This document shows positions 27,279-41,612 of a stretch of 64,000 nucleotides of DNA, in pieces. The notes beneath the pieces are model-generated. The model was not told where the DNA came from, did not search any database, and was given only the letters and a program-made list of their open reading frames with translations. The translations under genes were made by a program, and so were the position numbers. Within the stretch, counting starts at the first letter, position 1. Each line of letters starts with the position of its first letter. Source of the DNA: Eledone cirrhosa (taxonomy: Eukaryota); the NCBI GenBank assembly GCA_964016885.1, contig OZ024740.1:70680001-70744000 (forward strand), written 5' to 3'.

Positions 27279-28518
27279 ATTATCAATGTTTGTACATGTA
27301 ATTAACCTACTATTCAACTGAACAATAATATAGATACAGATATATATTCATGTTGTTAGCAACAGTTTTGTATTTACAGGGTGGAATGGATGTGACATAT
27401 ATTTTACGAGAATTGTACAAAAATTCAAATTCAAATTAAAAGCACAGAGTGGAATACATGCAACAGATAATACAAGAGAATAGTCCAATAATTAAAGAGG
27501 CATTGTGAAAGGAGATTTGAGAAAGAAATAGTTCATTAGCAATACATATGCAGGTGTGTAGAAAGTGCACATGCGTTAGACATATATATATGAGAAGGAA
27601 ATAAGCAAATTTATTATGCATATATAGATAATAAATACTGTATTTTAGGCAAAAATGTAGTGTATTAAAATGTAAGATGGACGTAGTTTGTTGATAGTGT
27701 CCGATTTTGTGTGTGCTGAGGAGAATGATGTTATTGCAGTCTCTTCCATTACATATGTTGAATGTTTAAGTTAGTTAAATTATTTATATTATATTGAATA
27801 TTTAAGTTAGTTAAAGCAATGGATTGTAAATTAGTCTTATTGTATTCATATTCATGGACTATAGTTTTTCAACGGTTAAAATATGGTTTCATTATATGAT
27901 AGCTAATTAAATTCAGTTTTTTAAAATCTTTGCTCTAATACACATTATAATGTGATACAATTGAATCTCTATTACATAATGCTATACATTTATACTTGAT
28001 TTTAAATACAGTGTATTTTATTATAATACATTAAAGGTCCCTTAAGATTGTTATCTATTCATTACTGGACGAGATATAAGTTATGGAAAATAGCTGTTTA
28101 TATGTCCAAATAGATATATCATTTGTGTAATAATATACATTATTGTTTAAAAATTAATCCCTTATATACAATGCTATTACATTATATATTTAATTATAAA
28201 TGTATATATACTTTATTATTATTACATTGTATTTAATTATATAAATGTTTATATAATTTATTATTACATATTACATTAAATGTCTCTACATATTAAATAT
28301 CCATTACTTTATATAATATAATTAAGCTATATTAGTTATACCAAAAGGTGGTAACTTTATGTTTAATTCTAACAGTTATTGCAGAGCATAAGGTTAGAGG
28401 TACATAGGAGTTGTGTAGAAGAAAGAGCTGATCAAAGAGTGTGTAGTTGTGGGGCTGATATGTCCTAGATGTGAAGTGTTAATGGTGGTGGGGAATTCAA
28501 ATCTGACATTGTTGTATA

Positions 28519-30932
28519 CTAACAGCTAGGTTTAAAGTTATGGAATGAGTGACGGTATCGGTGTTGGCACGAGGAAAATGTCTCTGACTTTCTATTAAGG
28601 AGGTCTAGTTTCGAAAAGATTATAGTATGGGTCTCTAGAAGACAGAGATTACACAATTTATTCGGTGGTTTATACGATGAGGCCCTACCTACTACTTCCC
28701 ATTGCAGTGTAAATGGTCTATTCCTGGTTTTCAGAGAGTGTACGTAGCTAGATAAAGAAGTGGAGTTGGCTAGATTGTGTTTTTTGAAAGAGTGGAGGTG
28801 CGAGTTGTATCTCGTCTTGAAGCTGTTCGAAGTAGAGCCGATATATGTTTTAGAAGAGTTGTTTGCGTTGACGGTGCATGAGTAGATGATGTCTTTGGTT
28901 AAGCTATTATTACCTAAGGGGCAAGTTCTATTAGTTCTACAGTTACATTTATTCTGGATGTTAGCTTGCCGGTTCCTATGTTGTGAAGAATTCTGGTTGC
29001 TAGGGATAGCACTAGGGTAATGATGTCTGTCATTCGTATTGTCATTGATTTTATTAGTGCTGTTATCATTATTACTATTATTATTACTATTGTTTACAGG
29101 TACTAAGTTTACCTCCTGTTGTGTGTTTAATTAGTTGGAAATAATTATTAATCTTCTTTTTATTACTACTAGCTATATGGTATGCTATGTTAGGTGTGGT
29201 GGAGTACGAGATTCTAATTGTATTTTTATTGATAAGGTTATGGTACTTGTGCCCGGACGGGAAATTCTTTTCTAAGATTGAGAAGAAAGCCTTAGGCAAG
29301 TTGGTAGAGACGTTTAGATTGAAAAGGGGATTGAAGAATGTATTAGTTCTCCTATTTTTGTTTTTAGTACTGTTTTTTTAGGTATTTATATCCCTGCTTA
29401 TATTATTATTGTGGTGTTTACTTTGGTGCGAGTTAAGTTTGGCATTACCCTTCGTCCTAGAGTTATAGTGGCTAGTGTTTTTATTATTTTTCCTCATGGC
29501 CATATTATGAGAAATAATGTTGTAACTATGTGATTTTATAGGTAGGAATTCAATCTCATTCTTATATCCTGATTTAGCTAAGGCCTCATTATAGTATTGT
29601 GAATTAATGTTAAATATGGTTTCATTATATGATAGATTAGAGATTCTATTAGATATTCCTTTAGTAATAGAGTTTAATATGGATTTAGGGTGGTTAGAGT
29701 TGGTATTCACATAAATTAGTTTTTGGTTAGGTTTATGATAGTGTGTGTATATTTTAGAGTCTAGGCAAAGGGTAGCATCAAGGAAGTTAACGTTTTTAGT
29801 GTTTTTATCTAAGGGGATACTTAAGTTGAAGTTTTTGAAAATTTTGTGTAATTGTTTCTTAGTTTTTTCTATATTAAATTTTTTATAGTCTATAAGGAGA
29901 AGTGCATCATCGCGGTATAAACCACCGTTGATGTAGGGTAGGTTCTTATGAATTTCATTAAGTAGGTATAGGCCCACCAAATCAGTGACCTGCTCCGAGT
30001 CACTAGATCCCATAGTTATGTCAAAGTTGTTATGCGTATCCTTGCGGGTCCATAATTGGTCTTCAAATGTAATTATCGTTTTTCGGGCCGCAAGTATGAC
30101 ATCAATTTGGGATCTAGTCAGGTCACTATTGTTCATGGCCATAATTAAAGCCTTATTTAATAGGATAGGGGAAATAGAGGTGTAGTATGAATTGATATCA
30201 AATTGTATAATTTTTTTATTTTTACTCTCTTTAATACCCTTGAACCATTCAATAACTTCACCTGTATTTCCCCATTGGTTAAGATATATTTTGTGCTTAA
30301 ATTGTGGCATGATTCTATCTAGTATTTTCTTGCTGATAATACCAATGTCAGATTTGGAAGGGCAAATTATTCTAATTGAAGGGTTACTAGTGAAGTCTTC
30401 TTTATGGTCCTTCAGAGAGAATCTTGGGGGATTAGGGGTGTATGGCTGTGTATGTCTCTGAAGTCCTAATTTACACACTATACTACGGCCTTCTATATTT
30501 ATATCTTCTAGGTTTTTAATAGTAGTTTTCTTATAGCTCCTATGCAGTTCCTTATATATAAATTTTCTATAAGTATCGTAATCTAAGCTATATATATTAT
30601 TAGTTTTATCTGCATGTACTAGGATTTTTTTTTATTAAATCCTTTAATAGTGGAGTTAAGGTAGTTTAAGAAGGTGTTGTTTCTGTTATGATGTTTTTTT
30701 ATATCTCATGTTCTTAACTAGTTTAATTAGATCATTTTCAAAAGAGTTTAATAAGGTGTTGTGAGGAGGGCTTTTAAATGTTTTAAAGCCGTAGTTGTCG
30801 AAGTTATTTGTATCTCTATTTTTGTCTGGACGGTTTCTATCGTAATGGAATGTCCTCCATCTCATTCTATTGATAGTAGAGTTGACACTACTAATCAGTA
30901 ATTTTTCATATGTATCTTTAGGTGGTATTGGT
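28519..30932 (-). pseudogene. PLE RT plus C-terminal GIY-YIG endonuclease with a few frameshifts/stops
   Basis: N-term PIPPKDTYEKLL..NRMRWR; RT ORF 29378-30478; EN CNCR..CPL..IIYSCTV..TYIGSTSNSFKTRYNSH..CNLCLLE..LLNRKSE..CQH, stop at 28519-28521. Confidence 0.92.
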
Positions 30933-31222
30933 GATTACCTTCCTATGTCATAGGAAGGTAATCTTTGAACTCTTTCTTTCTCAAAGCTCCTTTCACAATG
31001 CCTCTTTAATTATTAGACTATTCTCTTATATTATCTGTTGCATGTATTCCACTCTGTGCTTTTAATTTGAATTTGAATTTTTGTACAATTCTCGTAAAAT
31101 ATATGTCACATCCATTCCACCCTGTAAATACGAAACTGTTGCTCACAACATGAATATATATATGTATCTATATTATTGTTCAGTTGAATAGTAGGTTAAT
31201 TACATGTACAAACATTGATAAT

Positions 31223-31267
31223 GCTCCGATGACTAAAAATGAAAGTTTGGAAGAAACGATTGTCAGC
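31223..31267 (+). ncRNA. Hammerhead motif with CCGATGA core (inverted pLTR of PLE 2)
   Basis: GCT CCGATGA ... GAAAC GATT GTC AGC. Confidence 0.62.
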
Positions 31268-31304
31268 TATTAAATGATTTGAACACAACTTTGATAATTG
31301 TCTA

Positions 31305-31352
<48 letters not shown>

Positions 31353-31354
<2 letters not shown>

Positions 31355-32080
31355 GTTTTTCTCACTAACCAAGTGTCTAATCTAATTTTCTTCGGTCGGT
31401 GTCTTAAAGATACTGACTTAAATTATTGAGTGAGTGAGAAAACGACTGAAACTGTGCCGGTCTTATTCGATAGTTTCCATTCATTATCTTTTTAAACTCT
31501 CAGTCGATTAACCCGCATTCAAATTCTATGTCGAACTGTTTTATTTGTTTATTATTGTTCAATTTATTAATTAATTGCAACTATGTCTTTACTTTCTCTG
31601 TGGAAGCCGCTGGCTGAGTGTTTCATGGCATGTTCTGTTTTTTAATTTGAATTCTGTGTCAACGTATTCCCTGTGAACGATTATTACTGGCTTACCTCCT
31701 CTTTGGTGTTAAGTCACGTGCCATTGAATGTAGAGATTGCTACAACACTAGCCGATGTCCATCGGAGTAGTGTGATAGGTAGCTAATCGGAACTCGTCGT
31801 TCCAGGAAGGCTAATACCCAATGTTTACTAACATTACCTAATTTCTGCACACGGTAGTTCCATTCGGATTGCCGGTAGCAGATGGAGTTGCAGATGGAGT
31901 TCCGGGGCCGGAAAATCAAATTTACTACCCCCCACGAAATCGTTTTTCTTACTAATTAAAGTACAAGTGCGCACTCTAATTTTCTTGGGTTGATGTCTTA
32001 ATGATGCAAACCTAATTAAATTATTAAGTAAGAAAACGATCGAAGCTGTGCCGGTTCTAATCGATAACTTTGTTTCATTA
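31353..32080 (+). repeat. Diverged direct repeat (period about 587 nt) with the 3' half of an HHR
   Basis: TCGTTTTTCT..AGAAAACGA hairpin followed by GAAACTGTGCCGGTC at 31353-31465, and a diverged copy at 31940-32060. Confidence 0.6.
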
Positions 32081-32297
32081 TGGTTATAATATATTCAACA
32101 ACCAAAGACCATCTTTGTTTTTATAAATGGCTGAATGAGTTGGGGTGCATAACCCAACGAAACTTAAGTACCTGCATATGTCACTGTTGTAACTAATTAT
32201 AAATATATATATATATATATAGATATATATATATTAGGTATAGGATTATCCAAGATGCAGTGATGGTTAATTACTACACTGGATATGGTTGACGTAC

Positions 32298-32369
<72 letters not shown>

Positions 32370-32371
<2 letters not shown>

Positions 32372-32567
32372 TAGGAAAATGTTTAACCCCGACGGCAGAG
32401 CTCAAGCCGTTTCGACGGCTATTTCTTGACTAGAAATAGCCGTCGAATCGGCTTGAGCTCTGCCGTCGGCGTTAAACATTTTCCTATTACCCACTCTACT
32501 ACCCTAAGTATTGAGTAATCTGGTGCGTTATGGTCCATCTGGTTCCTTACCACACTTCCTTCGCTAG

Positions 32568-32570
<3 letters not shown>
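32370..32570. mobile_element. Fold-back of the 4820 family
   Basis: About 55-bp arms centred near 32428; (TA)n on both sides. Confidence 0.85.
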
Positions 32571-32638
<68 letters not shown>

Positions 32639-33117
32639 TGAAAGCTGAGTAAAATCGAAGCTTTGGCTATATTAGTATTCACTCATATGTTAGCCTAGAA
32701 AATTAGCATATTCCAGAGAAGAGTAGCTGAGCAAATACCACTGACAACTAACCTTGAAATTTGAACTCTTAAGGTCATCAAGAGCACGTCTACATGACAC
32801 ATATATTATTTTTATTTCGTTTTGTTTTTAATGTGGTCGATTACGACATGTTAGCAACTATACAACAACTGAACTCACTGCTGAAATAATTGAAATATCT
32901 GGCATTCTAAAACAAAATAAATGGAGTGATATTTTTAGTAGATTACGAACCCACAAACCCTATCTTTGTCTAATAAACCGTTTTGTGCTCGAATGAAACA
33001 AAAAGGCTTGATAATTTGCATCTGCTCACTAAATCTTCCCTTTTCATATTACCGTTTCTTTTTCTTCTCTTCCTCCTCTTTCTCCCCTCTTATCCCCCCC
33101 TCGTCATCCTCCTCCAA

Positions 33118-33163
33118 CTACTATTACTACTGCTGCTGCTGCTGCTGCTACTACTACTACTAT

Positions 33164-33210
<47 letters not shown>

Positions 33211-33213
33211 TTA
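33118..33213. repeat. (CTA)n/(CTG)n microsatellite
   Basis: Directly visible. Confidence 0.95.
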
Positions 33214-33339
33214 TATGTGTATTATTCAGCTGCTCCATATCCTTTGTCATGTCTCCTAGTATTTCCCACTTTAATTATAGATGCTGTCTTTCTTCTTTTT
33301 CTTCCTTCTCTTTTATTTTGTTCTTCTACTTCTTCTTCC

Positions 33340-33700
33340 TGTCACAAGCAACCATCTTAAGTTGACCCGGATGGATGCCCATGGATATTATCCAACCATA
33401 TTCCTCGGGGTCTACCCCTAGATCTCCTGCCTGTTGGCTTTGCCCTTAAAATCTGTCCAGCGATTCTTTCCTTAGATATTCTAATCACATGTCTGTTGTA
33501 TCAGAGCTGTGATCTCTCTATTCAAAGACGTAGCAGCTGTACCTAGAATGACTCTCTGATCTCTATCGAGTAACGTTCATTCAATGACCCTTCAGAAGAA
33601 CTTCTTGTATTCACGATCGTATCCTTTCAGTCGTTACCCAAGATTCATGGCCACAGGCAAAAGTTGGCACGAATGCCGAATTGAAGATAATAAGTTTGGT
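33340..33700 (-). mobile_element. RTE-type LINE 3' fragment, degraded
   Basis: Colinear similarity to 57285-57690 (AAATCTGTCCAG.GATTCTTT, GAGCTGTGATCTCTC, TTACCCAAGATTCATG). Confidence 0.8.
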
Positions 33701-34629
33701 TAGTTCAAGTCAGATTCGATAACACGACGCAATCTCAGCAAACTCTAGCGACATTTGGTCTATGTATCATTGGTACCTATTGGTGTCAATGAGTCTGATG
33801 ACTCTTCTTCTGTCTATGACTAGATGAACTATCAATTGATGTTGGTGGTGATCTTTGGTAGGTTTGATGTTGATATGTGCATGATATGTGTGCTTGTTCG
33901 AGATGTCTGCCACACTCCTACACGCGAGTCGGGTGGAACTAGTGTGGTCTATGAAGGAAGTCTGGTGCCAGTAGTTTGAAGTTGGATGACAGGGCACTTC
34001 TCAGGTGGCAGTAAAACTTTAGGTTAGTTTTCCTGTTAGTGGATATGGCATATTCCAGGGCCTAGAGTTTCGGGTCAAAGTACTTATCTAACTACACTTC
34101 GAGAAGTTCTTTGAAATGAAATTCTAGGCATTTGAGTCAATTATGTAGTTCCACAGTTAATAATGAATGTATTCTATTTTATGCATTGAGTTTTATTTCT
34201 CCTCTTTGTAAAACAAAACCTATGTATGTACTATATTTGCAAACTCGTCACAAATGCTCTCTAGATGACTTCTTTCCCATGTATATTGATGTCAAGTGTG
34301 TAGCTGACCTCCACAACATGCTTTTTTATGTTGTGGTTCCAAACAACAATATCGAATCTGTTCTGTTTTAATTTGGTTAATGTTTTATTCTTAGCTTTTA
34401 CCAATATTATTTTGAATCAGTATGCAAATCAACACAATTTGTTTGCAATAACTGCCTCAATAAATGAATTTTCATAGCCGTGCTGTCTGATGATATTGCG
34501 TGATTGGTTGTATGATTGAACGATCATGTAGCCATGATCATCATTGAAATATGTATCACAGCTGCGTTAATAAAGAACTCTTTAACATCTACACTGAACT
34601 TTGCATTTTCCTTATTCTCTCACTCTCTC

Positions 34630-34708
<79 letters not shown>

Positions 34709-35064
34709 TAATACAATAACAGAGATAGCTTAACACTAAACTCCGACTGGTAACCATCTCACTCAACAAACATTAGGTTATATGTTAGTATAACCCAATT
34801 TAAGTGTTTGGGGTGCTAACTATATGTATTTTGTGGAAAGCCAGTTGTATTATTTTATGAGATATAATTAAAGTTAAAATATATCTCTCTTTCCATATAT
34901 ATATATATATATATATTGTTATACTTTGGGAGGGTCATGTTGCCAATAAGAAACACACGCACCAGTTGCTTTCACTTCAATTTATTATAATAAATTTATA
35001 ATAAATTTATAAATTTATAAATTTCTGGTTGGTTGGTTCCACAACCAGATAGTTGTTTATATAT

Positions 35065-35109
35065 AGTCATAGTTCTTTCGTCACACACTCTGTGACCTCT
35101 TCAGTGACT
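35065..35109 (-). ncRNA. Type I hammerhead ribozyme (3' pLTR of PLE 3)
   Basis: AGTCA CTGAAGA G GTCACA-GAGTG-TGTGAC GAAA GAAC TA TGACT. Confidence 0.8.
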
Positions 35110-35470
35110 GGGGATTCCTTTCTTTGTTTCTCTGCCTCTCCTTTGTTCTGTCCTACGCCATTTTGTTTCTGTGTGTGTGTTGTGTGCTCAGTCTGCGCAT
35201 GCGCTACATCCGGGTGTCTGTGTGTGTTTATGTTCATTTATTTATTTGTTTATTTACATGTTACTGGTTTGTTGTTTGTTCTATGTGTGTGTGTGTTTTC
35301 ATTTTGTCCTTAATTGTAAGTTGTGATGTTGCTGTTCCACTCATATTTTCTATTTAATTTTGGTTGTAATTCTTTTATGTTTATTGCCTCTCTAATTTGT
35401 CTAAACATTGCGTCTTTTCTGTGTGTAGATTCTATTTTTATTTCTATGTTCTCTAATTTACCCTTGTGTT

Positions 35471-35971
35471 CTATTTTAGCATGTTGGTAGAGTACAGATG
35501 ATTCTTTACTACTTGAAGGTCTCGCCAGTGTTCATTTATCCGTTCCCCCACACTATGAGCTGTCTCACCTATGTACACTATATTTTTGTCTCTACATTGT
35601 CCTTCAGTACATCTTATGCTATACACTACATTTCTAGTTTTACAGTTAATATGGGGGCTTATTTTACAGGTTATACATTTCTTATCTATACATGAGGGTC
35701 TTTGAAAAGGGTATGTCTTGCTAATAAGTGTTTTTACGGAGGTACCTGGTCTTTCTACTATCTTAATATTGAGTTTATGTTTATTTAGGGCCCTTCTAAA
35801 TTTGTAAGCTAATTCACCTCTAGGGGTTGTATCGATGAACATTACACTCTGGTATTTATTGCTATCATACCATGAGTTTATTCTATTAGCCTTGTTCCTA
35901 GTTCTTTCTATTCTATTCCAAAATTTGCTCCTATACAAGGGGCAGGTCCCATTTATGTCATTATTTACCAT
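35471..35971 (-). pseudogene. PLE GIY-YIG endonuclease domain
   Basis: C..C..C knuckle, then NVVYSIRC..C..VYIGETAHSVGERINEH. Confidence 0.9.
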
Positions 35972-35991
35972 TTTTTCCCATTTAGTTCTGG

Positions 35992-37650
35992 CTAAATGGG
36001 AATATACACTCTGATTTTATCTCTCTGATTGTAGCCAGAGAACTGCATACGGTGGATGAAGTGTTGTATGTGTCTCTCTAGTTCTTCGGGGTTGAACATG
36101 CGGGACACGTTTCTCATCACCCGTACCAAATCCGCAATCAGTATGTTGATTTTGGTATGGTCCGAAACGGCCGAGTTTCGGTGGATCAGATGTTTGGAAG
36201 TCATGGGTTTGGCATAATGGGAATGGAGGATTTGTTTTTTGTTATTAATGGTATCTAACCAGAGCTCTGTGTCTAGTACAGGTAATCGATGGTTGGGGTG
36301 TTTACTTGGGTAGTCTATAGTAACTCTAATGCTCTGGTTGATGGAGTTAGCTATTTGCTGGATGCTTTCCATTGTGTTTTTCTCTAGTTCCTGACTGTTC
36401 TCTAGTGGGGGTGTCTTAACTACGATGTTTATATCATCAGCGTAGCGGGAGTACATTATCAGGGTTAAGTGGTCTTCTAGTTGTTCTTTAAGTTTACGTT
36501 TAAGTCTACTGTCCCACCATACCATGAATAAGTTAGCTATGTCGCCTGCAATGCTAACACCAATGGCTGCTCCTTCCTCTTGGGCATATGTTTTTCCATT
36601 AAATTTGAACATATGTTCCTTAAGGGTTAGTTTTATGCTGGCCCCTACCGCATGTGCAATCATTTTCTTCAGTTCATCGTGGTTTTCGGGTGTCCGTATG
36701 GCTCTGGTCCACCCGTTCCATCTATCTGTGTGGGTTTTCTTGGCCATTGAGGTAATGGTAGATGGTCTGCCTCTTGCTGGTCTTGTAGGGCACAGGTTGC
36801 TAAGGTCATATGTGTCTAGGTAATTATTACTATAGGTAAGTTTAAGTAGGAGTCCCAGCTCACTGGTATCAATCCCACGGAACTCAACATTGCTCTCACT
36901 GATCATTTCTACGCATTTCTCCACAGCAAAATCTACGTCAATAGATGGATACAGGGACACAACATCCATACTACCTATTATGCAGTTTGTTAGGTCCCTA
37001 GATCGGTTACTCACGCCGATTCTGCTGAGGAGGTCCTCCGTGCTGTCACATACATCTGGGGACATTTCAATGATGGGGCGTATGATCAGGGAGAGGAAGT
37101 AGGAAAGTCTGTAGTTACTAGCAATGTTAGCTCCACAGACTGTTTTATGGTCTTTTCGAAGCCCATACAACGCCGGCACGTCATTGTTCCAGGCCTGGAA
37201 GTTGTTGGCAGTCCTCTTGTTGGGCTGCATTATATTCGTCCACATCACCATATGGGCATTGAGGGCTTTTTCTCTATCCTCATGCTCCCGTGGCGTTACC
37301 TCTCTTGTGTTAGTGATGTGGGGTTGCATTGCCTGGATGTAGTTTGGCAGGCTGTCAACCGACATTCTGCCAGACTTATCTGTTGGAAAGCAGGCTATCT
37401 CTCCATTACGCGAGCGCTGCATGAGCTTACGCAAGCCATTTGCAGATTTTTCTCCCAGTTGCTGGGCCTCCATTCTATAATATTTCTAACTTCGGATCTA
37501 GCTATACTAAATTGTGCTTCTGTTTGTTCATCGACCTGCGACGGCAATTGCGTGCGTTTGTTAAATGGTAGAGTCGTGGCGTGGACTCGTCGCAGGTCGA
37601 ACGATTTATCGGAGGGATTATAAAACGTAGAGTTCCAGGCTACTGCTTTA
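35992..37650 (-). pseudogene. PLE reverse transcriptase (frameshifted relative to EN)
   Basis: PTDKSG, LYGLRKDHK, MDVVSLYPS, QEEGAAIG, RYADD, LPVLD. Confidence 0.92.
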
Positions 37651-38154
37651 TGTGTACTAGTGCTATTGTTATTGTTAGTTGTGTTGTTTCTATTTCTATT
37701 TCCACCAACAGCCTCATGGTTGTTTCTATGTCTCTCATAATTACTCCTGTCTCTTTCCACTGGCTCATTGTTGTTATCTACCCTATTTTGTGTGTCTGTG
37801 TGTTCGTCTTGGTTATTTTCTTTGTCCTTAGTCTCCCTTCTCCTTTTAATCCTATTGCTTTCCCTTATTTCTGTGATTTCTGTGCTACTGTCATTACTAT
37901 AAATTTATTATAATAAATTGAAGTGAAAGCAACTGGTGCGTGTGTTTCTTATTGGCAACATGACCCTCCCAAAGTATAACAATATCGGTTTCAACACACG
38001 ATTTCAGATAAAGAATCTTGCTAAGCAAATTCAGAAACGAAATATATATATATATATATATTATGTGGTTGTGCCTCGATTGAACCCGGGATACATACAT
38101 ATATACATACATATATATATATATACATATATATATACATATATATATATATGC

Positions 38155-38223
<69 letters not shown>

Positions 38224-38284
38224 CATATATATATATGTATTTATATATATATATACATACACATATATATATATATATATATAC

Positions 38285-38321
<37 letters not shown>

Positions 38322-39279
38322 TGTAGGTCCCCTACACCCCGTACCAATGACCAATGGACTACTACCACCCATAGTTTGTGGTCCCTATGGTGGATTGTCC
38401 ACCGGATCCTCTTCTGGTTAGGAGGCAACAAAACCTCGTTTATATAAACTGAGGACCCCCCCGCCCCGCGGGAGTGGCCCACACAGGAAGAACAATCATA
38501 CCCAGGTACTAACCCTATACACATGAATGAGTTCCCGCAACCGTACATGGTGTGTGTATACTGGGATTACGTGAGTGTACACACTCATGTGAACGCAACG
38601 AAATACTAATACCACATGTTGCATTTGAAAAATGTTCAAGTGTATGCTTAGGAGTATGTTTGTATATGCTCTGTTGTATATGTCACATGTGTATATAGAC
38701 ATACACACGCATCCAGAGGTATAAAAGTGTGGGTGGGTATGTCTGTACTAAGGGATTCGCCTAAGCTCCAAAGCCCCCAAACTATTGCTGTGAAGATATA
38801 TATCACACTCTACTTTGTCTAGTCTAAACAATAACTTTTCCAAACATCCACTTTACTTTTCTTTAAAAATAACACCCACCTAGTTTTATGTCTGCCTTAT
38901 ACTTGGATTTGGGGGCCTCTGTTGTATATATATATGCACTTGTGCGTACATATATATATATATACACACCTGGATGGATTTGTGTGTGTAGATGTGTGTG
39001 TGTGTCTGAGGGGGTAGGTGTGAGTGTATGTATAAGTCAACCAACATAGGTCTTTTTATTTCTAAACTCTCTAAATATTTGACTCTTACCATAATTTTCA
39101 GTATTATCACCACAAATAAATTCCTCAATTTGTATGTGTGGGTGTGTGTGTCTGTGGGGGTGGGTGTAAATGTATGTGCAAGTCAACCAACATAAGTTTT
39201 TTTATATGTAATTTTCTAGTATTCTACTCTAACCATAATTTTACTGTAGTACCACCCTACATAAATTCCTCAATTTAAG

Positions 39280-39685
39280 ATTGACCTGTAGCATAGAATT
39301 TCATACTATAAACCCCAGTTGAATATATATCTGACCAGGAATGCTTTTTGTGAAAATCAGTCATATGTAACTATTGTCATCTTGCCTGACGGTTTGAACT
39401 TTACAACACCACCTGCCTCTTTGGGGTCAAATACCAACCCTACTAGCATCTACAAACTGACCAATGAGAATTAAGATTATTCCTGCTGACAACATTAAAT
39501 TATTCCTAACAAGCTCATATGTCCCAAGGCTCTGATACAATCAACACCATAAACACAGAGCTGGCATATCTAAGAACTGACTAACTGCCTGATGAGGTCA
39601 TAGCCACTCAATGGCTATCATCGAAATATATATAGCAGTAAAAAAAGGATTATGAGTTCATGCAATTGACTTATGTTTCGTCACT
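39280..39685 (+). mobile_element. PLE 3' end remnant with HHR
   Basis: ISYYKPQLN-like EN C-terminus near 39298-39325, followed by an HHR and a TA junction. Confidence 0.55.
39584..39639 (+). ncRNA. Type I hammerhead ribozyme
   Basis: ACTGC CTGATGA GGTC ATAGCCA-CTCAA-TGGCTAT CATC GAAA TATATA TA GCAGT. Confidence 0.88.
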
Positions 39686-39903
39686 ATATATATATGTGTG
39701 TGTATGTATATATGTATGTATCTCGGATTCAATCGCGGCACAACCACAGTAATTAAGCTACTCAATATATAGTAGAGTATATATAATATTTAATATAGAA
39801 ATGGCTTCTACAGGACTAGAACTGTTTCATTCGAAATAACAACACAATCGGTACAGTTTATGGAAGGAATATATTAGTTTAACTCTTGAAATAGCAGGAA
39901 GAG

Positions 39904-39961
<58 letters not shown>

Positions 39962-39966
<5 letters not shown>

Positions 39967-40548
39967 CGTTTCTGAATTTGTTTAGCAAGATTCTTTATCT
40001 GAAATCGTGTGTTGAAACCGATATTGTTATACTTTGGGAGGGTCATGTTGCCAATAAGAAACACACGCACCAGTTGCTTTCACTTCAATTTATTATATAT
40101 TTATAAATTTATAAATTTACAAATTTACAAACTTATAAATTTCTGGTTGGTTGGTTGGTTCCACAACCAGATAGTTGTTTATATATATAGTCATAGTCCT
40201 TTCGTCACACACTCTGTGACCTCTTCAGTGACTGGGGATTCCTTTCTTCGTTTCTGTGCCTTTCCTTTCTTCTATCCTAAACAAAATGGCGTAGGATAGA
40301 AGAAAGGAAAGGCACAGAAACGAAGAAAGGAATCCCCAGTCACTGAAGAGGTCACAGAGTGTGTGACGAAAGGACTATGACTATATATATAAACAACTAT
40401 CTGGTTGTGGAACCAACCAACCAACCAGAAATTTATAAGTTTGTAAATTTGTAAATTTATAAATTTATAAATATATAATAAATTGAAGTGAAAGCAACTG
40501 GTGCGTGTGTTTCTTATTGGCAACATGACCCTCCCAAAGTATAACAAT
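39962..40548. mobile_element. Fold-back of PLE 3 pLTR (arms about 258 bp)
   Basis: 40022-40279 vs 40292-40548; HHR at 40189-40233 (-) and 40338-40382 (+). Confidence 0.92.
40338..40382 (+). ncRNA. Type I hammerhead ribozyme (PLE 3 family)
   Basis: AGTCA CTGAAGA G GTCACA-GAGTG-TGTGAC GAAA GGAC TA TGACT. Confidence 0.8.
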
Positions 40549-40873
40549 ATATATATATATATATATATATAATGTATAATTCATCCGCGCGCCTGTACAT
40601 GAATGTGTGCGTGTGTGTGTATTTGTATGTGCGCGAGGACGTTTGAATTAAAGAGATCATTTATTATTTTGGCACGCTGGAAAACCAAGCAGGTGTTCTA
40701 GATATTATTTACTAACCTATAAGCTGTTTCGTTCGAGTTGTACCTTGATCTGTGTGACTGTATGTCAGAGGAGAAACTGTTTCAGTGACTCACGCCGCTC
40801 TTTTAACATGTTGCGTTGAAGGTTGGGGAGAAGCTATACAATAAATTTTTGTCACGTAAGCTTCTGTCACAAG

Positions 40874-41612
<739 letters not shown>

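Larger units (their letters stand above)
27070..31307 (-). mobile_element. Penelope-like retroelement 2, near full length, with inverted pLTR at the 5' end
   Basis: RT (GGLYRDD, ITMGSSD, NVNFLD, YVNTNSNHP) plus GIY-YIG; 27211-27525 is inverted at 30976-31290; (TA)n at both ends. Confidence 0.93.
34915..38042 (-). mobile_element. Penelope-like retroelement 3 with inverted terminal segment at the 5' end
   Basis: RT ORF 35992-37473 and GIY-YIG ORF 35471-35971; 34915-35000 is inverted at 37898-37985; (TA)n at both ends. Confidence 0.93.
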
